This document shows positions 47,103 to 58,800 of a stretch of 64,000 nucleotides of DNA, in pieces. The notes below the pieces were generated by a model. The model searched no databases and had not been told where the DNA came from. It saw nothing but the letters and a program-made list of their open reading frames with translations. The stretch's first letter is position 1; every line of letters starts with the position of its first letter. Both the position numbers and the translations under genes were made by a program. The stretch covers positions 11,286-75,285 of the IMG/VR virus record IMGVR_UViG_3300010400_000003. One strand, given 5' to 3'. The DNA comes from a virus.

Positions 47103-47764
47103 AAACATTCTTCATCACCGGCCTGCCGCGCAGCCGCACCGCATGGCTCGCCAACTTCTTGACGCACGGGGATGTCTCGTTCTGCTTCCACGACGGTTTG
47201 AGGTTCGGAGGTCCTGAAGGATTGCTCCGAAAAATGGTGGAAGCGAGGCCCGCGTCTGGATTTGTCGGCGACTCAGACAGCGCGTTGCTCTTGTTTTACG
47301 AGCAGATCGAATCGCTTTTTCCGCTCTCTCCGTGGGTGGTTATTCACCGGCCAGTTGACGAAGCGGTGCGAAGTTTCATGGCGTCCATCCCCGCATCCTA
47401 TTATCCAGAAGTTGCAGATGGTGCACGGGTGTCTCGCGATTTCGATTATCTGTCACGCAAGATGGATGCGCTCGAACGTCTCATAGACGATCAGCGGTTG
47501 CTGCGAGTAAACTACGATGATCTTCAGCACGAGCGGACGGCGCGTTCGATTTGGGATCATTCATGGATTCCGCACACGTTTCCTATCGCCCGCTGGCAAA
47601 TGCTGGATGCGTTGCGAGTCACGATGATCGCCGAAAAATCCATGCCGGACGCCGGCTTGCTGAAGGCCGCGGCTGAGATCGCGCTTGACTATCCTGCCGC
47701 AGAAGGGCATAGCGAAGCCGTGAAAACACATCACGCCAACCTTCTTCCCGCAGGAGTTCGCTAA
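47099..47764 (+). CDS. Sulfotransferase-fold P-loop protein
   Basis: FFITGLPRSRTAWL, CFHD, IHRP..EAVRS, VNYDDL. Confidence 0.75.
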   Translation: MKTFFITGLPRSRTAWLANFLTHGDVSFCFHDGLRFGGPEGLLRKMVEARPASGFVGDSDSALLLFYEQIESLFPLSPWVVIHRPVDEAVRSFMASIPASYYPEVADGARVSRDFDYLSRKMDALERLIDDQRLLRVNYDDLQHERTARSIWDHSWIPHTFPIARWQMLDALRVTMIAEKSMPDAGLLKAAAEIALDYPAAEGHSEAVKTHHANLLPAGVR

Positions 47765-48855
47765 TGGCCGCCGCCGCAGGTGCCATCATTGGGGCCGGGC
47801 TGGGCGTGGCCGAGCCGTTGGTCGGCAGCGGCAAGAACCGCGTCGTCCGTCTGGATCGCTACCCGGAAATTACGGATCAGCGGTTGCCGGATTTGTTCAA
47901 GGATTACGACGCTTCCAGAACCTCTGGCAAGGATGCGTTCGACGAATGGCTGAAATCTTGGACCGCCGATATTGGCAGCGCGAACGCCTTGGCAACCCAA
48001 GAAAGAGGCGGCTGGGATCGCTACTGGAATTTGGGCGGTACCGGCCTTCTGCCGGAACAGCAAGACTGGCTGACGCGCTTCGGCGGGGCAACGCGCACAG
48101 CGACCGACCTTGGCAATGCCTACGCGCTGCGAAACCAGAATCTTGATCGCATTGGAGGTGGGGGAGGGGGCAATAGTTGGGCCATGCGCGCATTGGCTGG
48201 GGACGCCGCCGGGCGCGAAAGCCAAATGTTGCTGGCGCTGCTTTCCCAAGAGCAGGCGATGCGCGACAGAAACGAGGCGACCAAACTCGCCAGCGGAGGC
48301 ATCCGACAGGCAATCCAAGACGCCCTGACGAACCGGGCTTACATGCCGACCGATCGTCTGCGGGCAGACTACGGTTGGGACACGAGCGCATTGGCAAGCC
48401 TCATTCCAATTTTGCAGGCCAGCACGATCACCGGCATCAAGCATACGCCGAGCGGCGGACAGAAAGCGATTGCGGCCATCCGCGGTGGGCTGAGCGGCGC
48501 CATGGGCGGCGCCATGGGAAACTTCGGCGGCGGTGGGGGTGGTGGAGGCGGAAGCGGTGCGAGTGCCGGCCAATCCTCGATCAACTGGCTTGGCGCTGGA
48601 ACCGGCCCTGGCGGTGGAGGCGGCGGATGGGGCGGCGGTGCGCCGAATCAATATGGCCAAGGGCTGTCGAACATCGCCCAATCGTTCGGCTCGATCTACG
48701 GGGCGCTGGCTGGCCGGCCGACAACCGCGAGCGCCGCGCCTTACGCGCCCGATTGGGGATTCTACAATTCGATCAACCAGCCTCCGGCTGCCAGCGGCGG
48801 CGGGTGGTCTTTCCCGGCGTTGGGGAACACTTGGGGATCCATCGCCGGAATTTGA
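47764..48855 (+). CDS. Probable ejection/pilot protein
   Basis: MAAAAGAIIGAGLG N-terminus; Gly-rich C-terminus; precedes the giant gene. Confidence 0.65.
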   Translation: MAAAAGAIIGAGLGVAEPLVGSGKNRVVRLDRYPEITDQRLPDLFKDYDASRTSGKDAFDEWLKSWTADIGSANALATQERGGWDRYWNLGGTGLLPEQQDWLTRFGGATRTATDLGNAYALRNQNLDRIGGGGGGNSWAMRALAGDAAGRESQMLLALLSQEQAMRDRNEATKLASGGIRQAIQDALTNRAYMPTDRLRADYGWDTSALASLIPILQASTITGIKHTPSGGQKAIAAIRGGLSGAMGGAMGNFGGGGGGGGGSGASAGQSSINWLGAGTGPGGGGGGWGGGAPNQYGQGLSNIAQSFGSIYGALAGRPTTASAAPYAPDWGFYNSINQPPAASGGGWSFPALGNTWGSIAGI

Positions 48856-48858
48856 GCC

Positions 48859-49824
48859 ATGCCATCGGTCCTTTACGCCAACGACTTCGGCCAACTAGGC
48901 GGGCTGATGCAGAACGAGGTTGCCCGCGAAGCAACGCTCGCGGAAGCGGATCGTCGCGCGCGCCAGCAGCAGGCTCAATTTGAAGCGGCGCAACGGGCGG
49001 CAGCGATTCAAAATCTCCAAACGCTCGCACTGCACAACGCGCAACTAAAAGCCTTAGAGGCCCAGCACGCCGATACGCTGCGATTGCAAGAGCGCGGGCT
49101 GAAGCTCGACGAGGATTACCGCAAGTGGCTGATGCAACAGCCGTCCAAAGACACGGCGAAGGTGGACGCTCAAGCGGAGAACTTCGCGCTGCAAAAGCTC
49201 GTCACCGATGTCAACACCGACGGCTCGCTCGACACGGAAAGCGACGCCTTCAAAAAGGCGCATCCGTTGGTGCAGCAAACTCTTTTGGCCGCCGCGGCTG
49301 AGAAGCAGAAGGAAATCAAACCGCGACTGGACCGGAGGCTTGCCGCGCTGAACGTCGCGAACCAGGTTGCCCGCATGGAGCAGGTCGCCGCCGGCATCGA
49401 GGCGACTCCAAAGCCGTCGGTTGGACTCGGAGAAGGTGACGACGAGACGCCAACGACGCCACACCGCGGATTGAACTTTCGAGTGCCCGACTGGCTTGGC
49501 GGCGCGAAGTCGAACGACCCGAAAGCCATCGCACAGGACCTCAAGACCAAGGCGACTGAGTTGCGCGCGAAAAACGCTAAGTTGTTGGAGGAAGCGGGCC
49601 TTACCCAAGACCCCAAGACGAAGCACTTCACGACGCAGTTCCCGGACTGGTACAAGGAAGTCGTCGGGCGTCAACTGCGCATGGCCGCGCCGCCGACGGC
49701 GGGCACGAACATGCCGACGATGCCCGTGCGTGTGCGCCTGAGCGATGGACGCATCCTCCGCACCACGAGCGACAAGCTTCCGGCGGTCGCCACGCGCGAT
49801 CCAAACGCAGTCCTGTTGCAGTAA
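48859..49824 (+). CDS. Probable internal virion protein
   Basis: Gln/Ala-rich helical; position in ejection cluster. Confidence 0.6.
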   Translation: MPSVLYANDFGQLGGLMQNEVAREATLAEADRRARQQQAQFEAAQRAAAIQNLQTLALHNAQLKALEAQHADTLRLQERGLKLDEDYRKWLMQQPSKDTAKVDAQAENFALQKLVTDVNTDGSLDTESDAFKKAHPLVQQTLLAAAAEKQKEIKPRLDRRLAALNVANQVARMEQVAAGIEATPKPSVGLGEGDDETPTTPHRGLNFRVPDWLGGAKSNDPKAIAQDLKTKATELRAKNAKLLEEAGLTQDPKTKHFTTQFPDWYKEVVGRQLRMAAPPTAGTNMPTMPVRVRLSDGRILRTTSDKLPAVATRDPNAVLLQ

Positions 49825-49876
49825 CCGCGAAGTGATTTCTTGCCTTCCCGCTTGAACTGGTGCTAAGTCTGTCCAC

Positions 49877-52800
49877 ATGGCGCAAGCGCCCACTGATGTC
49901 AGCGACCTCGGAGTAATCGAGAAACGAAGTCCACTCCCGGACTTTTCAGACCTCGGCGTGATCGAACCTGTGGCGCAAGGCGCACCGGATTTTTCCGACT
50001 TGGGGGAACTTGAGCCGCGCCGCATCGAACCTCCCGCCGATCTGAGCGGAGTCAAAGACGCCCGCGCTCCGATCTTCTTAGGCCGAGACTATCAGGTGGT
50101 CGAACCCTATCGCGACCCGAACGCGGCGCTGCGGGCAGATACCACCGGGCCGGTCGGTCGCACCCTGCGATTCATCGGCCAGAAGCTCGAACCGATCACG
50201 CCGAAGCGAACAGCCTTTCCGTTCCTGAACGCGGCGGACCTGGCGGCGGGAGATTTCCGTCACATGCTGGGCGACTACGACCCGGAGACAGGCGAAGTCA
50301 GCAACTCGCAGTTTCTACCAGACGCGCCCGCGCCGACGTGGGCCAAGGTTGCGACCGGGGCAGAACGCGGAGTTGCCCAAGTTGCCGGCGCGGCCATGCC
50401 GTGGGTGATTGCCGGCCCGCTAGTTGGCGGCGCCACTCGCCTCCCACTCGCCGCCCGCACGGTGTCAGCGGTGTTTGCCGCCGACATGATCCGGCAGTTG
50501 CCAGATCAGGTACAGGTGTTCCTGGATGCCGTGGACAAGGGTGACACGCAAACGGCGGTTCAGGCGGGCGTAGGCGGTTCAGCGGGCGCGCTTCTCGCCT
50601 CGCTCGCGCTTTACCATGCGGTAGCTCCGACCAAGGTTCCACGATTGGACGCGCTCGGGAATCCAATCATTGACCCCGCCACAGGAGAACCAGCATTTGA
50701 CACCCGAGGCATCGCGCAGGAGTCACCCGCCATCCGCGCTTTGCTGACGCGGAAGATTACCACCGAATACACGCCGGAACAGATCAAGGAGGTTTATTCG
50801 CGTGTGAACCTCGGTCAGGCGAATCCCGCCGAGCAGGAACTCGTGCGGTTCATCAACAGCGCGTTGGAGCGTCCGGGCGAGGCCGTGCGCAAAGGCGCGA
50901 CAGTCACGGAAGCGTTTCCGCGAATCGAAAATGAATTCTGGCGGAAATTTCTCGGTCTGAAAGAAGGCGAGCGCACGGTCACAATCGCGGGTGAGAAACC
51001 CGCACAACCCACAGGAGGCCCAAGTGCCGTTAATCCAGTCAGCGAGTCCGGCGGCGTTCAAAGCGAATCTGCACGAACTCTCCAAATCGGGAAAGAGAAC
51101 GAACAAACAAAACCTCGCGATCGCGTTCCGAGTCCAGCGGGGCAACCGCCCGAAAGGCCGAACGCTCCGGCTCAAGCCGCGCAAGCGCCTGTCAGCCTGA
51201 CGCGCGATGCGGCAATCAAGGAACTCAGACTTGAGGGCGTAACACAAGCCGATGCCGAAGCGTTGGTTGACGGAAAGAAAACCGTCAAGGATGTCGTCGA
51301 AGGCAATTTCAAAATCACGCCATCTCGCGTTGTCGGAGAGGAGCAGGGCCACGATGAAGCCTTTGTTGAGGGATACAACCAAGCGATCGAACGGCTTTCA
51401 AACATAGTTCGGAAATCCAAACCAGCCCTTCCCTCAAGTGCGACCAAGGAGACGCCTCCGGCGGCGGAACCAATAAAAACGACTCCGCCGCCGCCCGTCA
51501 AACCACCCGGGGACGCGATCGAATCCCGCTCGCCAGAGGATCAGGCCCGCAGTGCAGAAGCCGGGAAGGACATGGTTCGTCTTGGGCAGCTTGAAGGTTT
51601 GGAGTCAGCTGGGATGTTGACGACCTCGAAGCGATCCGAATTGGAAGCTTTGAGAGCAAAGATTAAGGCCGCACCCAAGCCAACTACTAATCCAGAACTA
51701 AAACCGGAAGAATTAGTTTCTGAGCCTGCCGCTCCCGAAGTGAAGCCCGCCGAACCGCCTGTAGTGGCCGGCGGTACTCCGCCGGTCGCTCCAACTCCAA
51801 CGGAAGAATCAATTCTCGCTCCACGTTCAGAGCAAATTCAGTCCGCACCAGCCGAACACGTAAGAGCTTTCGAGGAACTTCGGAACATCACGATTGACTT
51901 CAACAACAAAAAGCTATCTCGCAAGAAAAGAGATGCGCTGATACCGAGAGCGCAAGAACTTCGCAGCGAGCTTTCACGCGCCGGATACACTCCAGACCAA
52001 ATCAAAGATGTCGAAATGGGAAAGCGCGGTGTTCCACTCCCAGAATCCGCTCCCGCCGCTCCCGCGCAAGCTCCGGCGAAACCCGAACCACTCGACACGC
52101 TCGGCAATCCTGAATCATTCTACGCCACGAAGTCGCTCATGGGCGCGCAGATGCGGCGCAGTCCGAAGCTCGCGGCGGCGATGAAGTTCTACGGCGTCAA
52201 GACCGTGAAGGATTTGAACCGTCTGGCGACGCGGCGGTTTGCGGAGATGCGCGAGCGTGAGGCGGTTAAAGAAACCAGCGAATCGCACACGCAGGTTAAA
52301 CCGACTCCCCTTAACCAGAATGTGCAAACCGGCGAGAATCTTAACCAGCCATTCGTTGCGGAGATTCTCCAAGCCGTAGCCGCAGACCCGTATGCGCTGA
52401 CGAAGAACATCACGCGCAATCAGCAGGACGAAGGCTATACGGATCGCTTGCGCTTCAAGTCTGGTTCTCAGGAATACATCGCCTTGCTCCGACCCGAGAA
52501 GCGCAACACAGGTTCGCGGGCGATGTTCAATCATCCAGAGCAACTGGACGTGTTTCATTCGTCGGACACAGCGATGACTCGAAGGCTGGCGAGAATTGAT
52601 TTCTCAGAGATTAGCAAGCCGGCGATTGCAGAGGTCTTGCCGGCCCCGCCAGTTGTAAAGGAATCGCTTACAACTGCTGCTCCCGTAGCCGAACCAGAGC
52701 CGAAGCCAGCCGTTCCGAAACCGCAAGCGCCGCCTCCGCCGCCGAAGAAACCAACGGAAGCGCCGCCGGTCGCGCCGGTGGAGGAACGCAGTGAGACGCT

Positions 52801-55800
52801 CGCGGACAGGATGCGCGGTCAACGCTCCGCGACAATCGGAACGGTGACGAGCGATGCTGGAGTGTTCAGCATGTCGGTGCGGCCTGATAATTCTGCCGGA
52901 GGATTGTCAGTCGTGCTTTCCAACAAGGAAGGCTCGCAATCCATTCGGATGAATTACCGCTACGACATGACGCTGGCGGACCTGCGGAAATCCTTTCAGG
53001 AATACCTCAACATTGACAACCCAGGAAAGTTCACCGTTGAGATTTCCCAGCCGAAGCCTGCGCCGACAGAGGCGGCACCGCTAACGCTCAAACAGGAGTG
53101 GAAGCGCCAACTCAAAGAGAAGAAGTCCATCCGCTACAAGACGGCCACCGATGAAAAAGCCATTGAGCGATTGAAGGCCAAGATCGCCAACGATCCGTCG
53201 AAATGGTCGGCGGGCGACGGCGTTGGCTACCGCGTCAACTCCGGGCGCGGCACGCAGGTCAACCGCGGCTTCCGCATCGTGGACGCGGATCGTGATGCTG
53301 AGACGGTCACGGTGCGGCAAGTGGCCGACACGGGACTGACTTCGAGTGGCGGCAATTACGACACCATCCGCGACCAAGTGATTGACATGGTGGACTTGGT
53401 TCGGGACAACAAATACACGCTCCAGCCAAGTGCTGCGCCGGCCATTGCGCCAGCAGTGGAGGAAAAGTCTCGCGAGCAACTGATACGCGAAGAAATCGAA
53501 CGCGCCATTCCCGCGCTGGAGGATCAACTCGCCGACATCAAGCGACGACGCAAAGAGGTTCGCGCTCAGTTCAAAGGCCAGAAGCCAATCTCGACGTTTA
53601 ACCGCACGACGCCGCGCATTGCTCGCGGCCAGGAGTTCCAGCGTGCGCTCGACAATCTGGACATGGAGGAAAGCGGCGCGGCGAGAGGGCTTGAGCAATA
53701 CCGGAAGCGGCTTGCTGAAATCCAGACCGCAGAGAGTGCGGCAAAAGGATATTCGATAGGCGAGCCAATCATCGTCGAACGCAGTTATGGCGTTGATGCA
53801 ACTGTTCACAAATGGCCCGGCAATAAAGTGACCATCACAGCACGGCCAGATTTGGACGTTTCCGTTTACAAAGCAAAGTCAGGGTGGATCGTAAACGCCA
53901 ACGGAATATCGGTTGGAAAATCCCGCAAAGGCGTTGGCTCAATCGGATTCGATACTCCGCAAGAGGCCGTTGAGAACTATCTGGCAACTCTCAATAAAAC
54001 GCCCGAAGTAAAAGCCGCAACTTCCCCAAATGCGGATATGGCTGGCGGGGAATACGCCGTTGATTTTGAGTCGGCATCTGGCGACCGAATCAAATTGGTG
54101 GTTTCCTCTGAGAAATATGCCGACCTCTCGGATGAAGCGAAGGAGATGGTTGATCGGGCCTACAAAACGACGTTGGAATTCAACGAAAAAGATTTCATCA
54201 AGTGGGAAAAGATCAAGCAGGGAAAATCTAAAGTCACGGTCACTGAGCGCATTGAAGGCAGCGGTAAATCCAGGCAGAGCGTGACGCTGGACAGCCCCGA
54301 AGTGGAGTTTGGAAGTTGGGCGAAGCGCACGGACCTTCACGACGCAAAGTTCAATCCAAAAGGTGAGGCGTTGCGCGACAAGCTGTTCTCGGAACGCGAG
54401 GCGGAAGCAAAATCAAAGGCTGACAAAGAAGCCGCCGACCGCGCGGAATATGAGCGAAAGGCGAAAGAGTTCAGAGACTACTCTGAAACTGTTTCCCAAA
54501 CGCCCCTTCCCGCAGGAAAGAAAACAACTTTGGAAATTACCAGCAAGGAAGGCGTTAAGTCTCAACTCGAAGGCACTCGTTACGGAGACTGGTTCATTCA
54601 CAAGGTTGGACCAGTCGGTCACGGTCGCTACGCTGACCCAGTTGTTTACAAGGTGAGCCATGTTGCTTCGGGTTTGGGAGTTTCAGATAAGGGACTGCCA
54701 ACGCTTGAGAATGCAAAAAATTACGTTCGTGCTCTGATTCACGCGAACGTCAGGGCGGACTTTAAGCAAGCGTCCGATCTTTCCAAAGAAGAACACAAGG
54801 CGATTTCCGAAGTCGCGCGGGCTTGGGTTGGCGGCGGTGATGTGCCGTCGTATTTCAAACCCGCCCCGCCAACCACTCTGCCGCTCGAAGGCTGGGACAC
54901 CACCGGCCCCGGGGAAGATCAGGCCGACACGCGCTACGAGGACCTGCTGCGCTCGGGCACGGACGCCGCTACGATGCTGGACGCGATGGAGGCCAACGCG
55001 GAGAACGGGTTCGAGTACGCTCTGATTCAAAAGCTCAAGTCGCTCGGGTTGAAAACGACCGTCCGCATGGGCGCGGTCAACGAATCGCCAAGCCCGACCA
55101 CGACCGGCTACTACGGTTCCGACAAGGATGAAATTCTCGTGTTCGAGCGCGCGACGAACCGGCAGAAAGTCCTGCTCCATGAATTTGTCCACGCCGCGAC
55201 CGCGCAAGCCGTGGCCGACAGCCCGGCGTTCCGACTCGAACTCGAAGCCATGCTCCAAGAGGCCCGTGCGGCGATTGGCACATCCAGCTACGGCACGCGC
55301 AATGTGTATGAGTTTCTGGCCGAGGCGTTCAGCAATCCGGGCTTCCAAGAGCGGCTGGACAGCATCGGCGGCAAGCAAAGCCTCTGGCAACGCTTCCTCG
55401 CTTGGCTGCGGCGCATCTTCGGGATCAAGGACAAGGACGCCAGCCTGCTCGAACGGGTCATTCGCCGCAGCGCCGCCGAGTTCCGCGCGCCACGCAACAC
55501 GCTGGTCGCCAGCAATGCCGTCACGACGCTGCAACCCGGATTGGTTCGCATCGGCGGAGCAAAGCAATTCCCAGCCGTCACCGCCTACCACGGCACGCCG
55601 CATGAGGTGGACCAGTTCACGACCGCCAAGATCGGCACGGGCGAAGGCGCGCAAGTCTATGGATGGGGGCTTTACTTTGCGGAGAATCCAGAGGTGGGCC
55701 GCTATTACAAAAAAGGTTACGGCAACATGGAAGTGGACGGGAAATATATCGCTGTGCCTTTGTATGCTGATTTGGAGTCGGGCAAGGTCAAACCAACACC

Positions 55801-58800
55801 AGAAATCTACGCAGCTAAAGCGGTGCATAGTTCTGGCGCGTCAGCGATTCACGACTTGGAAAGTTCACACGACACATTTCCAGACCGAGTGGCAGCAGCG
55901 GGCGCGATAAAGCTCATCAATGAGGGCCGAGTAAAACCAGCAGAGGGCAACGAATACACCGTCACGCTGAACGCCGAGCCAGACGAATTGCTCGACTGGG
56001 ACAAGCCTGTTCAGCAACAGAGTGAGAAAATACAAAACTTTGTCCTAGACACCCTCGCGCGCAGGGATGTTAATTTTTGGAACCAGAATCCGACTGGAGC
56101 GGAACTCTACCGCCGCCTGCAAGGTGAGTTTCGATATGGCGACGATCCAAGAGTAGGGCCTCGCGAAGCCTCCGAGGAATTGCGAAGTCTTGGTATCAAG
56201 GGCATCCGGTACGCCGACCAGGGCAGCCGCAATATCAATGTTATTAAGGGAAGTGGTGGAAAATACCCGCAGGATTATTGGCTCGCTCAGGATACTCGGG
56301 ACTATGCCACGCCGGCCAAGGTGTTCTTTTCCGAATCAGAAGCGGAAGCTTGGGCCGCCAGCCAGCGCACCTACAACTACGTCATCTTCGACGACAAGGA
56401 CATCACGATCACCCATCGCAATGGCCAGCAGGTCACGCCGAGCGAAATGGCCGGGGCGCAGGGCGGCCAAACGATCTTCCCGATGGAGGAAGCTGTCCCT
56501 GAAGGCGGGCGTCCGGTCGTCAATGGCGAGGAACTGGCCGGCGACGAGCATGTTCAGATCGCCGGCGTGGATTACACGATTCTCGGCAAGGAAAAGATCA
56601 CGCCCGCGCAACTGGCCGCCGCGGCGGAACGGACGCGCGAGTTGTTCCAGAAGGACCTCAAACTGCCGGGCGTGCCCGACCGCTCGTACGGCAAGAAGCA
56701 GGGCGCGACAGACACGAACGTTGTGTTCCGCATCGTGCCGGACGGCCAGAACCACGACGAGGCTGGCCAACGCCTGATCGAGCATTTCACCGAACAGGTG
56801 AAACAGCAGTTCCAGCCGGGCGGTGATCCAGCCTACGTCTCTCAACTCGCCAACGCGATCAAGAAGAACTTCGTGCTCGGCAACTGGAACGGTGTGCTGA
56901 GCGAGTCGGTGATGAACGATTTGGTGGAGCGCGCGGCAGCCGATGCGTCGTTCAAGGGCCAGTTGCTCCGCGCGCAGACCGGCATCCAAGAGGATGTCCA
57001 GACCGTCGCCCGCAATGCCCCGTTCTTCCTCCGGCGCATTTACTCCGAGCGATTCGGCGGCGAGAACGTCAACGCCGTACTCGAGAAGCTGCTGACGCAG
57101 TTCCGGGATTTGCTGACGGACCAAGAGATTGCGGACGCCATGAACGGCGCCCCGGCGCTGGCCAAGGCGTTGAACAAGGTCACGGGCAACCGTGCGGCGG
57201 AAATCCTGAGGCGCATCTTCGCGTCACCATTCGACAGCCAGAAGCAGGTGCGGCAAAAGCTGGTGACGATCCTTCAGGACGAACTCAAGGTGTCCAGGGC
57301 TGAGGCGAAAGCGATCGGCGATCTGTTCGATGACGCTTTCACGACGATGTTCAACCGCATCGCGCAAGCCTCGCTGGCGATGATCGAGAAGGCGATGACC
57401 GCCCGGGACCGTCAAGTGCTTGGGTTTGGCCGTCGGCGCGGCATCTGGCAGCGCATCAAGGATGCGGTCAACAAAGGCAACTTCAACGCCGCGTACGTCC
57501 TGCAACGCCAAGCGGACAGCCAGCGGTGGAACATCCCGACCGAGGCGGACCTCGCCAAGGTGCGGGCGATGGCGGAGGAAATTGATCGGCTGCTCCAGAT
57601 ACCCGAGCGGCGCGTCCGTGAGATTGGCGACAACCCGGCGGAACTTGAACGCGAGCGCGTGCGCCAGCGCGACGCCACGAGCGAGATGCGCGTCGAACTC
57701 AAGCGCAAGATCGAGTCCTACTGGTCGAGGTGGACACTGCCGCTGACACCGCGCAACCCGAAAGGCCGGGCCAACATCGTTTCGGCGATTTACGAGCACA
57801 CGGCGGCGGTCCTGCTGCTAAAGCCCGGCTTCATCACCCGGCAGACGATTGATGTCTCTAACAACGCGCTGTTGCACATCCCATTCCGGGCGCTCGGTCA
57901 TGCAATCGTGCTGCATGGAGGATTCAAAGCTAACGCGACGAACAAAGAGTTTTGGGATGACGCCAACTCATTGTTCAAGCAGGCGGCGAGGGTTCAGATT
58001 CAGGCTTTACCGGCAGCACTGCGCGAGTTCAAAGAGGCGCTGAAGGGCACGGCGGAGATCAAGAACGTGGATCGCCTGCTCTCTGGCATTGCCTTGTTCG
58101 AGCGCGTCCAGATGAAGGCGGACGAATTGCAGGCGGCTGGCAATACCGGGCAGGCGTTCCTGCTCCGCGCCTACGGGCTGGTGCGTTTCTCCTACCGCTT
58201 CGCCTCGGCGCTGGACAACTTGCAGGGCGTCCCGCAAGAGTGGCAGGAGATACGCTCCCAAGCCTATCGCTTCTTCCGAGAGAACGGAATGTCCATCGCT
58301 GAGGCTAAGACGGCGGCGGACAGGATAGTCCCGGACCTCCGCAGTGAATTTCTGAAGGCCCTTCCAGAATCGAAGCGAATCTTGGAAGCGGGGTTGGAGC
58401 CATACGGCAGGACGCCAACCATAGCGCAGATCGAGGCTGGCGCGTTCCATATCGTCAAAGGCATGGCGTATCTGCGAATGCAAGAGGCTGGTATGCCGGC
58501 GGACGACTTCGAGAGCCGCAACCGCCTCATGCGCTCGACGAACGCGTGGAACGAGTCAATGGCGGGCGTGGCGTCGCTTGGAGGAGTCGTCTCCACAGGG
58601 ATGAAGAAGCTTGGCGAGGTTGGTCAAGCTGTTCCAGTTCCGCTCGGGCTTATGTTCGGCGCGTTTGGCAGGTTTGGTAATGCCATAGGCACAGGCATTG
58701 ACCGGGCGCTGACCATGACGCCGATGGGCATGGTCCCCGCCGCGTTCGGCGTGCGCGATGAATACATTGACGCGGAGACAGGACTCTCCAGCAAAGGCTC

